From contig JBJFGI010000041.1 in NCBI GenBank assembly GCA_051892535.1, positions 20,585-84,584 on the forward strand: a stretch of 64,000 nt of DNA, written 5' to 3'. This document shows positions 45,414 through 54,386 of the stretch, in pieces. The position numbers were made by a program, and so were the translations under genes. This DNA comes from Candidatus Coproplasma sp. (GTDB lineage Bacteria > Bacillota > Clostridia > Christensenellales > Borkfalkiaceae). Under the pieces are notes generated by a model. It saw only the letters and a list, made by a program, of their open reading frames with translations, ran no database searches and was not told the DNA's origin. Every line of letters begins with the position of its first letter. Position 1 is the stretch's first letter.

Positions 45414-46184
45414 TTGGATTGGTTTATTTCACTTGACGGTTATCTTCAGGCGTTACTTGCTACAACTTTTACCTATCTTTTAACGGCGTTAGGGGCGTCG
45501 TTCGTGCTCTTTTATAAAAAGGTGGGCAAGACTGCATTTTGCTTAATGCTGTCTGGGGCGGCAGGGATAATGCTTGCCTCCTCCTTCTTCTCGCTGCTGC
45601 TCCCTGCGCTGGAGCAGGGCGGTGAGTTTGCCTACTTAACATTGACCTGCGGTTTTATCCTGGGCGGGTTAATCATTATTCTATGCGATACTTTGATTAA
45701 ACTTTTCAGCAGGAACGGCGGCGGAGCCAACCGCAGTAACGCCGTTATGTGCATTGCCGTAACCGTACATAACGTGCCCGAGGGGTTGGCTATAGGCGTG
45801 GCGTTCGGGGCGTTATCGTCAGGCGGCGGTGTGGGCGTAGTTGCTGCGATGATGCTCGCCTTGGGGATAGGTATACAGAATTTCCCCGAGGGTATGTGCG
45901 TTGCCTTCCCCTTAAGGGCAAACGGAATGGGCAGGTTCAAGAGCTTCTTTTTCGGTCAGCTCTCGGGTGCGGTGGAGATTGTTGCCGGCGTTTTAGGCGC
46001 CGTAGCCGTCTCGTTTATAAGCGGAGTTCTGCCCTTTGCCCTGGCATTTTCCGCAGGGGCGATGATTGCGGTGGTCTGCTCCGAACTCGTGCCCGAAAGC
46101 TTTGCAAGCGATAAGCTTAAGGCGACGATAGGCGTCGTGTTCGGCTTTGCACTTATGATGATTTTGGATATTGCCCTCGGTTGA
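45414..46184 (+). CDS. ZIP-family divalent metal transporter (ZupT-like)
   Basis: HNVPEGLAIG and IQNFPEG motifs, eight TM segments, and a TTG start with a GGGAG SD. Confidence 0.8.
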   Translation: MDWFISLDGYLQALLATTFTYLLTALGASFVLFYKKVGKTAFCLMLSGAAGIMLASSFFSLLLPALEQGGEFAYLTLTCGFILGGLIIILCDTLIKLFSRNGGGANRSNAVMCIAVTVHNVPEGLAIGVAFGALSSGGGVGVVAAMMLALGIGIQNFPEGMCVAFPLRANGMGRFKSFFFGQLSGAVEIVAGVLGAVAVSFISGVLPFALAFSAGAMIAVVCSELVPESFASDKLKATIGVVFGFALMMILDIALG

Positions 46185-46243
46185 CGGGCGATTAAAAATA
46201 GTTATTACGCCGGGGTGACGGGGCGAAAAATTTAACGCATAGA

Positions 46244-46274
46244 AAAAAGGTGTGCCGATTAAGCACACCTTTTA
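46244..46274. terminator. Bidirectional hairpin between the convergent ZIP transporter gene and acpP
   Basis: aaaaaggtgtgc-cgattaa-gcacacctttt. Confidence 0.7.
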
Positions 46275-46295
46275 TAAATTTTAAATTAATTTAAA

Positions 46296-46517
46296 TTATA
46301 ACTTTTCGATAACTTCAACAAGCTCGCCAACCGTCTTGATTTTAGTAACCTCATCGTCGGGAACGGTCTTGCCGGTTGCGTCCTCAAGCTGCATCAAAAG
46401 CTCGACAACGTCAAGGGAGTCTGCGCCGAGGTCGTCGACAATCCTGCTCTCCAAAGTAATCTTGGACTGGGGAATACCGAGCTGTTCTGAAAGCATTTCA
46501 ACTATTTTATCAAACAT
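46296..46517 (-). CDS. acpP: Acyl carrier protein
   Basis: The phosphopantetheine attachment motif DLGADSLDVVELLM, 73 aa. Confidence 0.9.
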   Translation of the reverse strand: MFDKIVEMLSEQLGIPQSKITLESRIVDDLGADSLDVVELLMQLEDATGKTVPDDEVTKIKTVGELVEVIEKL

Positions 46518-46637
46518 ATTTTTTCTCTCCTGAATTTGGATTTGTTAGCGTATTAATTATAAATCAACCCTTGCCGTTTGTCAAGACTTTTTATGACAAT
46601 ATGTTTTGTAGTGACATATTAAGCCGATTGTATGACT

Positions 46638-48797
46638 TTACGCACGTTCCGACTTCTTACACTGTTTGATTGAAAGACCTATCCTCTGCTTCTTTACGTC
46701 GAGATTGATTATTACCGCCGTTACGTGCTGACCTACCTTTAACACGTCGGAGGGGTGTTTGATGTATTTGTCGGTTATCTCGGACACGTGTACAAGCCCG
46801 TCCTGATGTACGCCGATGTCGATAAACGCACCGAAGTCGCACACGTTGCGCACCGAACCCTCTACCACCATTCCTACTTTTAAGTCCTCTATGCCCAGAA
46901 TGTCCCTGCGGAGTACGGGAGGGGGAAGACTGTCACGGATATCCCTGCCGGGTTTAAGCAATTCGGTTACCACGTCGGAGAGCGTCGCCTCGTCCAGTCC
47001 GCTGAGCTGTGCCGCCTTGCTTGCACCGAAGGCTTTAATCTTTGCAGGCAGATCTTTTATGTTGCCCTCCTGCACGTCCTTTGCAGTATAGCCGAAAAGA
47101 TTTAACAGCTTTTCCGCACCGCCGTAGCTCTCGGGGTGAACGCCCGTGTTGTCAAAGATGTTTGTTCCGTCGGTAATTCTCAAAAATCCTGCACACTGCT
47201 CGAACGCCTTAGCTCCCAGCTTGGGCACCTTTAAGAGCTGTTTACGCTCCGTAAACTTGCCGTTTGCCTCTCTGTAGAGTACAATGCTCTTCGCCGTACC
47301 CGAGTTGAGACCTGCAACGTACTTTAACAGGTGTGCGCTCGCCGTGTTTAAATCGACGCCTACGCTGTTAACGCAGTCCTCTAAAACACCGCCTAAGACG
47401 GCGTCTAACCTCTTTTTATCCATATCGTGCTGGTACTGACCTACGCCTATGGACTTGGGGTCTATCTTAATTAACTCCGCTAATGGATCCTGAAGCCTTC
47501 TCGCTATGGATATCGCCGAACGCTTGGTTAAATCGAGATCGGGGAACTCCTCTGCGGCGAGGGGACTTGCCGAATACACGGAGGCGCCTGCCTCGCTTAC
47601 GACTGCATAGGATACGGGGCGGTCGAGCTCCTTTAAAAGGTCTGCAACGAATATCTCCGTCTCCTTACCTGCCGTGCCGTTACCTATCGAAATGACGTCA
47701 ACTTTATATTTGCTGACAAGGCGTTTAATCGTCGCCTTGCTCTCCTCAATCTTTGCCATAGGGGGTACGGGGAAGATTACGTCGGTGTCCAACACCTTGC
47801 CCGTTGCGTCTACCACCGCTACCTTGCAACCCGTTCTGTAACCGGGGTCGAGACCTAAAGTGACTTTGTTCTTTACGGGGGGCTGCAAGAGCAGGGGGCG
47901 AAGGTTGACTTCGAACATATGAATTGCCTGTTCACTCGCCCTCTCGGTTAAGATTGCACGAACCTCTCTCTCGATTGAAGGTTGAATTAACCTGTCGTAG
48001 CCGTCGGAGGCCGCTTCCTTGATAAGCTCGGCGCAGTCGCCCTTGCTGTGGACGTACTTTGCGGCGCAGACCCTCTTTGCCAGATCGGCGTCGAAGGCGA
48101 TTTTAACCCTTAAGCACTCCTCTTTTTCTCCCCTGTTGATGGCGAGAATTCTGTGGTTTTTAATTTCGGGTACGAGCTCGGCATAGTCGGCGTACATATC
48201 GTAAGTACCCTTGCCGTCGTCCTTAATGAGTTTAACCTGCACTTCGCCGTGGTTTTCTAAAAGCGTTCTCAACTTCTTTCTGAGCTCTGCATTGTCGGAG
48301 ATAATCTCTGCGATTACGTCCTTTGCACCTTGAAGAGCCTGTTGAACGTTTTCCACACCCTTTTCTTCGTCCACATATTTTGCGGCTTCGGCTATGGGGT
48401 CGCCCTCCTGCGCCAAGATGAATTCGGCGAGGGGCTGTAAACCCTTTTCGATAGCTACTGACGCCCTCGTCTTTTTCTTCTGCTTATAGGGGCGGTATAC
48501 GTCCTCTATCTCGGTCATCGTTGCGCAGGCATAGATGGCTTGAGTGACCTCTTCGGTCATCTTGCCCTGCTCGTCGATGGCGGCAGCAACCTCTGCCTTC
48601 CTCTTTTCAAGGTTGGTCAAGTACTCATACCTGTCCGCAAACTGCCTTAAAAGCTGGTCGTCGATGCCGCCCGTCATCTCCTTTCTGTAACGGGCGATAA
48701 AGGGTATGGTGTTGCCCTCGTCCAAAAGCTTGATAACGTTTGCGGCGTGGTCAGGCTTTAAGTTAAATTCCTGCGTTAGTTGTTCGCAAATATTCAT
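46638..48797 (-). CDS. tex: Tex-like RNA-binding transcription accessory protein
   Basis: 719 aa with IPFIARYRKEMTGG at the N-terminus, a YqgF-like centre, an HhH region and a C-terminal S1 domain (GSVRNVCDFGAFIDIG). Confidence 0.9.
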   Translation of the reverse strand: MNICEQLTQEFNLKPDHAANVIKLLDEGNTIPFIARYRKEMTGGIDDQLLRQFADRYEYLTNLEKRKAEVAAAIDEQGKMTEEVTQAIYACATMTEIEDVYRPYKQKKKTRASVAIEKGLQPLAEFILAQEGDPIAEAAKYVDEEKGVENVQQALQGAKDVIAEIISDNAELRKKLRTLLENHGEVQVKLIKDDGKGTYDMYADYAELVPEIKNHRILAINRGEKEECLRVKIAFDADLAKRVCAAKYVHSKGDCAELIKEAASDGYDRLIQPSIEREVRAILTERASEQAIHMFEVNLRPLLLQPPVKNKVTLGLDPGYRTGCKVAVVDATGKVLDTDVIFPVPPMAKIEESKATIKRLVSKYKVDVISIGNGTAGKETEIFVADLLKELDRPVSYAVVSEAGASVYSASPLAAEEFPDLDLTKRSAISIARRLQDPLAELIKIDPKSIGVGQYQHDMDKKRLDAVLGGVLEDCVNSVGVDLNTASAHLLKYVAGLNSGTAKSIVLYREANGKFTERKQLLKVPKLGAKAFEQCAGFLRITDGTNIFDNTGVHPESYGGAEKLLNLFGYTAKDVQEGNIKDLPAKIKAFGASKAAQLSGLDEATLSDVVTELLKPGRDIRDSLPPPVLRRDILGIEDLKVGMVVEGSVRNVCDFGAFIDIGVHQDGLVHVSEITDKYIKHPSDVLKVGQHVTAVIINLDVKKQRIGLSIKQCKKSERA

Positions 48798-48811
48798 ATT
48801 CCCACCTTATA

Positions 48812-49486
48812 TTAAGGGCGTTTAAGCCCCAAAAGATCCGTCTTCTGTTCTTTGGTTATCCTTAAGCTTTCGCAAGCCTTTACAATCGCCTTGTTGTGCG
48901 TAGCCTTGTCAAGCCTGTGTAGTTTTAAATATTCAACGCCGTCGTCGTAGTGCTTTACCAACACCTCGGCGACAAGCCATGCCGCCGCCATATGTACGTA
49001 GTAATAACGGGTATCTGCCATTTCAACACTTTCAAAGATTATGGGTAAATACTCCTTTTCGACGTAAAAATGCAGTAAGGTTACAAGGGCATAGCGTTGG
49101 TAAAATTCGGCGTTAACCCCCAAGTATGCCTCAACGAACGGCAAAAACTCCTGCCTGTGTTTTTGAATACATTTCGCTTTAAAGCAATCACACGTCGCCC
49201 AGTTGTCTATGAGGGAAACACACCCGTCCACCACCTTGATAAACCTTTCGTACGGCAGTCGGGAGGCGACGATAAGCTTTAAAAAGGTCACCTCGTAGTA
49301 CTCGTCGGGAAGGGCAAATAGCCCGTCGAAATCCTGAGCGTACTTCTTTGCAAGCGAACGCAATACGGGGGTGCGAACGCCGATTACTTTAATTTTGGGA
49401 TTGTTCAAAAGTTTGCTGTGAAAGGCGGCGTAACCGCTGTCTGCTACGCCTTTAAGCTCGCCTAAAAGCTCTTCGTAAAGCCCCAT
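48812..49486 (-). CDS. DNA alkylation repair protein (AlkD-like HEAT repeat)
   Basis: It contains GVRTPVLR, ATCD and AAAWLVAE, which I recall as typical of this family. The start is set at the ATG at 49486, which has a GAGGAG SD. Confidence 0.65.
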   Translation of the reverse strand: MGLYEELLGELKGVADSGYAAFHSKLLNNPKIKVIGVRTPVLRSLAKKYAQDFDGLFALPDEYYEVTFLKLIVASRLPYERFIKVVDGCVSLIDNWATCDCFKAKCIQKHRQEFLPFVEAYLGVNAEFYQRYALVTLLHFYVEKEYLPIIFESVEMADTRYYYVHMAAAWLVAEVLVKHYDDGVEYLKLHRLDKATHNKAIVKACESLRITKEQKTDLLGLKRP

Positions 49487-49934
49487 ACCACTCCTCGTCG
49501 TTGCGCCTTGCGTTTGCAGGGCTGGTTGACGGCAATTTTTCATACGGTACGCCAAGCTGCGAAAACTCTTTTACAAACAGCTCGTAAGCCTTGCCGCCGT
49601 TTACAAGTATATACTCAATCGGTGCTTTTTGCAACAAAAAATTTACATCTGCTATCTTGAAATTTTTTATGCTTTCATCACGGGAAGCTACTATTTCACA
49701 CTCTTCTACAACGTCCCATAAAGCTATTTTATGCCTTGATAAAAAGTCCTTTTTCTCTTCAAGCGTAAGCGGCGTTTGTTCCATGAAAAAGGTTGCTAAA
49801 ATCCGCCAGAATGCGTTGCGTGGGTTGCCGTAATAAAAGGACTGCTCCCTTGACTTAACGGACGGAAAACTGCCTAAAATCAATACCTTGCTATCGCCGT
49901 TATAAAAGGGTTGAAAGCCTTTTAATCTTTCCAT
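49452..49934 (-). CDS. DNA-deoxyinosine (hypoxanthine) glycosylase, UDG superfamily
   Basis: VLILGSFPSVKSREQSFYYGNPRNAFWRIL and a C-terminal PSTSPAN. Confidence 0.7.
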   Translation of the reverse strand: MERLKGFQPFYNGDSKVLILGSFPSVKSREQSFYYGNPRNAFWRILATFFMEQTPLTLEEKKDFLSRHKIALWDVVEECEIVASRDESIKNFKIADVNFLLQKAPIEYILVNGGKAYELFVKEFSQLGVPYEKLPSTSPANARRNDEEWYGALRRAFRRA

Positions 49935-49936
49935 TT

Positions 49937-51172
49937 TTAAAACAGGGGCTTGTCCACGTTGCCCACTACTGCGGACGCCATAAATTTAGTATCGAAACTG
50001 CAGTCGATTGCCTCGTTTACGTCGGAGAGCGTTACGGCGTTGAGCTTTGCTACCCTGTCCTCGAAGTCGAACACCCTGTCGGCATAGATAAGCTCTTTGC
50101 CGTAGAGGAGCATTTGCGAGCTGGTACTCTCCTGCGCAAAGACCAGAGAGGAGAGCATCTGCTCCTTACCCCTTTTAAACTCGTCCTCGGTCATATCCTT
50201 TTTCTTTATCTCCTCAATGCACTCGCCTATCGCCTCGATTGACTTTTGATAGTTCTTGGCGTTTACGCCTGCATATACGGTCAGAGCACCCGATTTTTCG
50301 TAGGTTGATAAATAGGAATATACGGTGTAGGCGAGACCTAACTTTTCACGTACCGTCTGGAACAGTCGTGAGGACATACTGCCGCCTAAAACGGCGTTCA
50401 TAATCTGCGTTGCGTCGCAAAGATGCTCGTACCGCTTGAACGAGGGGTAGGCGATTGCCACGTGGATTTGCTCGATATCCTTCTTTTTGAAAAGGTGCGA
50501 GCTGGTGAGCTCTACGTTTAATTCCCTCTTTTCGCAAGTCCTTGCAGGGAGTGAAGCGAAGTACTCTTCCGCCATCTTTTCGGCAAGCTCGAAGGAGATA
50601 TTGCCTGCCATTGAAATGACTATATTGTCGGGCGTATAGCGTGAGTTTAAATATTTTTTAATGTCCTCCCTCGAAAAGCCCGAGACGTTGTCCTTGCTGC
50701 CTAAGATGTTCCTTCCGTAATTCTTCTTACCGAAAAACGCCTCCGAGAGAACGTCTAAACACAAGTCGTCGGGGGTGTCCTCGTTCATAGAGATCTCTTC
50801 GATTACCACTCCCTTTTCCCTGACCATTTCGTCCTCGGGGAACACGCTGTTCAAAAACAGGTCGGATAGGATTTCAAACGCCTCCTCCGCATGGTTGGAG
50901 GTGGACTTTGCGTAGTAGCAGGTGATATCCTTTGACGTAAAGGCGTTTACCTGTGCGCCGATTGCGTCCATTCTGTCCGAAATCTGGAAGGCGGTACGCT
51001 TTGAAGTACCCTTGAACATCATATGCTCGATAAAGTGGGAGATGCCGTCCTCGCTGTCGCTTTCGTATGCGGCACCCGTACCCACAATTATACCCATTGA
51101 AACGGACAAAAGCCCTGACATCTGCTTGACGATAAGCCTTACGCCGTTCGATAACTGTTTGTACTTTACCAT
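49937..51172 (-). CDS. M16-family zinc peptidase (MlpA/YmxG-like)
   Basis: The inverted zinc motif HFIEHMMFKG, 411 aa. It lies next to a polysaccharide deacetylase gene, as in the B. subtilis ylxY-mlpA pair. Confidence 0.85.
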   Translation of the reverse strand: MVKYKQLSNGVRLIVKQMSGLLSVSMGIIVGTGAAYESDSEDGISHFIEHMMFKGTSKRTAFQISDRMDAIGAQVNAFTSKDITCYYAKSTSNHAEEAFEILSDLFLNSVFPEDEMVREKGVVIEEISMNEDTPDDLCLDVLSEAFFGKKNYGRNILGSKDNVSGFSREDIKKYLNSRYTPDNIVISMAGNISFELAEKMAEEYFASLPARTCEKRELNVELTSSHLFKKKDIEQIHVAIAYPSFKRYEHLCDATQIMNAVLGGSMSSRLFQTVREKLGLAYTVYSYLSTYEKSGALTVYAGVNAKNYQKSIEAIGECIEEIKKKDMTEDEFKRGKEQMLSSLVFAQESTSSQMLLYGKELIYADRVFDFEDRVAKLNAVTLSDVNEAIDCSFDTKFMASAVVGNVDKPLF

Positions 51173-51207
51173 TATATTTTCCTCACCGTATGTATATTAA
51201 TTGCTAT

Positions 51208-51903
51208 TTATAGGTTTTGTGAAACCGTAACTGCGTTTAAAGAGTTGTCTTTCATATACTCCAAAATGCCGGGCAGTGCCTGTACAGTTACGTCCTTGGG
51301 GTGCATTAAGATAAATTCCCCGTTTGCTAAGTTTTGAGTTGCCCTGCTGTAAATCAGGTTTACGTCGCCGTCTCTCCAGTCGATTGTATCCCTTGACCAC
51401 ATAATAGTCTTTAGGTTTAACGCCTCCGCCGCCGTCACAGTTGCGTCGCAGTACGCCCCCGAAGGCGGTGCAAAGAGGGTTATTTCATAGCCGAGCATTG
51501 CGTTTAAAAGCTTTACGCTCGGACTTATTTCAGCAAGGTTCTGGGAGTAATTGAGCTTGGAATGGTCCTTGTGAAAATACCCGTGAGAACCCACTTCGTG
51601 CCCACGGTTGCTTACTTCCCTTACGCAGTCGATATTGTCGTCCGCCCAGCATCCACCCATAAAAAAGGTGGCTTTGGCGGAATATTCGTCTAAAATATCT
51701 AAAATTTTATACACGTTCTCCGTACTTTCGTACACGTTGAACATAAGCGAAACGCCGTTTGCGTTTTTAGCACGATAGTAGACGCTTTCGCCGTCCGTCG
51801 CTACCTGCTGAGCCGTACCCGTACCGAAGCCGACAAGGCAGACGCAACCTACGATTGTACAGAGTAATACGTTAACTATAACCGAAATAATTCTATTTTT
51901 CAA
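51208..51903 (-). CDS. Polysaccharide deacetylase family protein (YlxY/PdaB-like)
   Basis: The NodB motifs (TFFMGG, GHEVGSHGYFH) with an N-terminal TM or signal anchor. Confidence 0.8.
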   Translation of the reverse strand: MKNRIISVIVNVLLCTIVGCVCLVGFGTGTAQQVATDGESVYYRAKNANGVSLMFNVYESTENVYKILDILDEYSAKATFFMGGCWADDNIDCVREVSNRGHEVGSHGYFHKDHSKLNYSQNLAEISPSVKLLNAMLGYEITLFAPPSGAYCDATVTAAEALNLKTIMWSRDTIDWRDGDVNLIYSRATQNLANGEFILMHPKDVTVQALPGILEYMKDNSLNAVTVSQNL

Positions 51904-51965
51904 CAGTTTACCCCTAAAAATAATAACTAATACTATTTTATGGGGTAAGTATTATATAATATGAT

Positions 51966-54350
51966 TTATTTTAAGGTTACTATAGTTACGCCTATCTCGC
52001 CCTCGCCATAGGCGCCCGAGCGGAATTCCTTAACACCCCTGTGCCTTTTTAAAAGCTGGGCAATTGCCGCACGGAGTTTGCCCGTGCCGACGCCGTGAAT
52101 TATTTTAACCTGCTCTAAATTGTCGGTAATGGCTTTATCTAAAAAGTTTTCCACCTCGGGCAGGGCTTCGTCAACCGTCATACCTATTACGTTTATTTCA
52201 AAATTGGGATTGGAGGGGGCAAACTTCTTGACCACCTTGACCCTCTCCCGTGAATGGCTGCCTGAGTTTTTAGCCGCCGTACTTGCCCTGCGTGCAGGCT
52301 GAATTTTAAGCGTCTTGATATTTACCCTTAACTTTATCTGTCCGCAGGCTACCTCCGCCTCCCCCTTTGCAGGGTTAAATGAGAGGATTGTGCCGTTTGA
52401 ACCCATACTCTCGACAAAGACTTCTCCGCCGACTACGATATCCTCTTTGGTTGCCTGCCTGAGCCCGATTTCGGGGCGGAGCTCGCCCTCGTCGTAAGCC
52501 TCGTCGGCTATCTGGTTTTTAAGCGTTCTCGCCTTGATTAAATCGGCTTGGGTTACCGTTTCCTTGTTGAATATCTCTTCAAGCTCTTCTAAAAGCTCCG
52601 TAGCCCTTGCCGTACGCTCGCCTATAATTCTGCGGCTTTCGGCTTTGGCACCCGAGGTTAAGCTGTGCCTCTCCCTCTCAAGTGCGGCAAGCGTCTTTTT
52701 TGCCTCGTCGCTCTTCTGCGCCCATTCGCTCTCAAGCGCCCTTGCCCTCTCTAATGCGGCGGTGGCTTCTACCCTTGCATCCTCCGCTCGTTTGATGATA
52801 TTGTCGTACCTACGCCCTTCGTCGGAGAGATATCCATCTGCCTTTTTCAATATCTCGGGGCTCATGCCGAGCCGCCTTGAAATTGCGAGGGCGTTGGAGG
52901 CGCCGGGCATACCTATTTTAATCGTATACAGCGGTTTTAACGTTGCGCTGTCAAACTGCATTGCGGCGTTTTCTATACCGCCCAGGGAATACGCAAACTC
53001 CTTCAAGGCGGTGAAGTGGGTGGTTATTATGCCCTTTGCACCCGCATTGAGCAGGTGTTCGCAAACCGCCGAGGCGAGCGCCTGACCCTCGTCGGGATTG
53101 GTGCCGCCGCCGAGCTCGTCGATTAACACTAAGCTGTCGCCGTCCGCACCGTTGCAGATGTCGATTACCCCCGTCATATGGCTTGAGAAAGTCGATAAAC
53201 TCTCCTCAATGCTCTGGCTGTCGCCGACGTTGCAGAATATCTTTGAAAAGGCACAAACCTCCGTTCCGGGTGCGGCGGGAATAAACAGACCGCACTCCGC
53301 CATAAGGCAAAACAGACCCGTCATCTTCAAGGTTACGGTCTTGCCGCCCGTGTTGGCACCGCTTAAAAGCAGGAAGGAATAGTCCTTACCCAGCTCTAAC
53401 GATACAGGGACGACCTTGTCCTTATCTATTAACGGGTGTCTGCCCTTGACTATGTTTATATAACCACGTTTGTTGACCTGGGGGCAGATTGCCTTAACCG
53501 AATAGGCGTACTCGGCTTTTGCGTAGCAACAGTCGACTTCGGTCAATATTTCGATATCAGTCAATAGCTTGTCCCGCATTGCGCCGACACGTGCCGAGAG
53601 GGCTTTTAAAATCCTCTCCACCTCTTCCCTCTCGTCTATGGTCAGGGCGATGAGCTCGTTATTTAAATTTAATACGTACTCGGGCTCTATGAAAAAGGTT
53701 GCGCCCGACGCCGAACGGTCGTGAATGAAGCCTTTGACCTTACTCTTGCTCTCCGCTTTGACGGGTATGACGTACCTGTCGTTACGCATTGTGACTATGC
53801 TGTCCTGCAGATACTGCGCATCCCTGCCCGAAGCGTATTCGGCAAGCGTCGAGCGGATGCGTTCGTTGAGAATTTTTATCTTTGAACGAATGGTGTAGAG
53901 TGCGTCGCTGGCGTAGTCGCTGACCTTGTCGTTCGATATAATTTTTTCCTCGATGTCTCTCTCCAAGTTTTCGTCAAAGTAGACGTTCTGAACGAGCTTT
54001 TTAAGCAGAGTTACGTCGCCGTCGGTTGCGTTTATTGCACGGAAAGTCGTGCGGGCGGAGCGCAGAAGGCAGTTGACCGAGAGCAGTTCGCCGCAGCTTA
54101 ACGCCGAACCCTTGGAAGAGCGGACGAGCAAATCGGTTACGTCCTCGAAGTACTCCACCTTGCCTACGCCGTACTTGTATAACAGCAGGTCGCCCTCGGC
54201 GGTAAAGCTTAACCGCTCCCTCACCTGAGTTAAATCACCCGTAGGAAGGGTTGCGCAAATAGCACTCTTCGCCGAGTCGAGTACGGCAAAGCTTGCGCAC
54301 GAGGTTAATATTTTATTGAGTTCAAGTCCGCTGTAATTTTGTTGAGTCAT
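51966..54350 (-). CDS. mutS2: Endonuclease MutS2
   Basis: Walker A GANTGGKT and DELGGGTNP, a coiled-coil middle and a C-terminal Smr domain (IHGVGTGKLR). Confidence 0.95.
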   Translation of the reverse strand: MTQQNYSGLELNKILTSCASFAVLDSAKSAICATLPTGDLTQVRERLSFTAEGDLLLYKYGVGKVEYFEDVTDLLVRSSKGSALSCGELLSVNCLLRSARTTFRAINATDGDVTLLKKLVQNVYFDENLERDIEEKIISNDKVSDYASDALYTIRSKIKILNERIRSTLAEYASGRDAQYLQDSIVTMRNDRYVIPVKAESKSKVKGFIHDRSASGATFFIEPEYVLNLNNELIALTIDEREEVERILKALSARVGAMRDKLLTDIEILTEVDCCYAKAEYAYSVKAICPQVNKRGYINIVKGRHPLIDKDKVVPVSLELGKDYSFLLLSGANTGGKTVTLKMTGLFCLMAECGLFIPAAPGTEVCAFSKIFCNVGDSQSIEESLSTFSSHMTGVIDICNGADGDSLVLIDELGGGTNPDEGQALASAVCEHLLNAGAKGIITTHFTALKEFAYSLGGIENAAMQFDSATLKPLYTIKIGMPGASNALAISRRLGMSPEILKKADGYLSDEGRRYDNIIKRAEDARVEATAALERARALESEWAQKSDEAKKTLAALERERHSLTSGAKAESRRIIGERTARATELLEELEEIFNKETVTQADLIKARTLKNQIADEAYDEGELRPEIGLRQATKEDIVVGGEVFVESMGSNGTILSFNPAKGEAEVACGQIKLRVNIKTLKIQPARRASTAAKNSGSHSRERVKVVKKFAPSNPNFEINVIGMTVDEALPEVENFLDKAITDNLEQVKIIHGVGTGKLRAAIAQLLKRHRGVKEFRSGAYGEGEIGVTIVTLK

Positions 54351-54386
54351 AATATTTTTTTTAAGCAGGTCGTGCCCTGCGTTTTG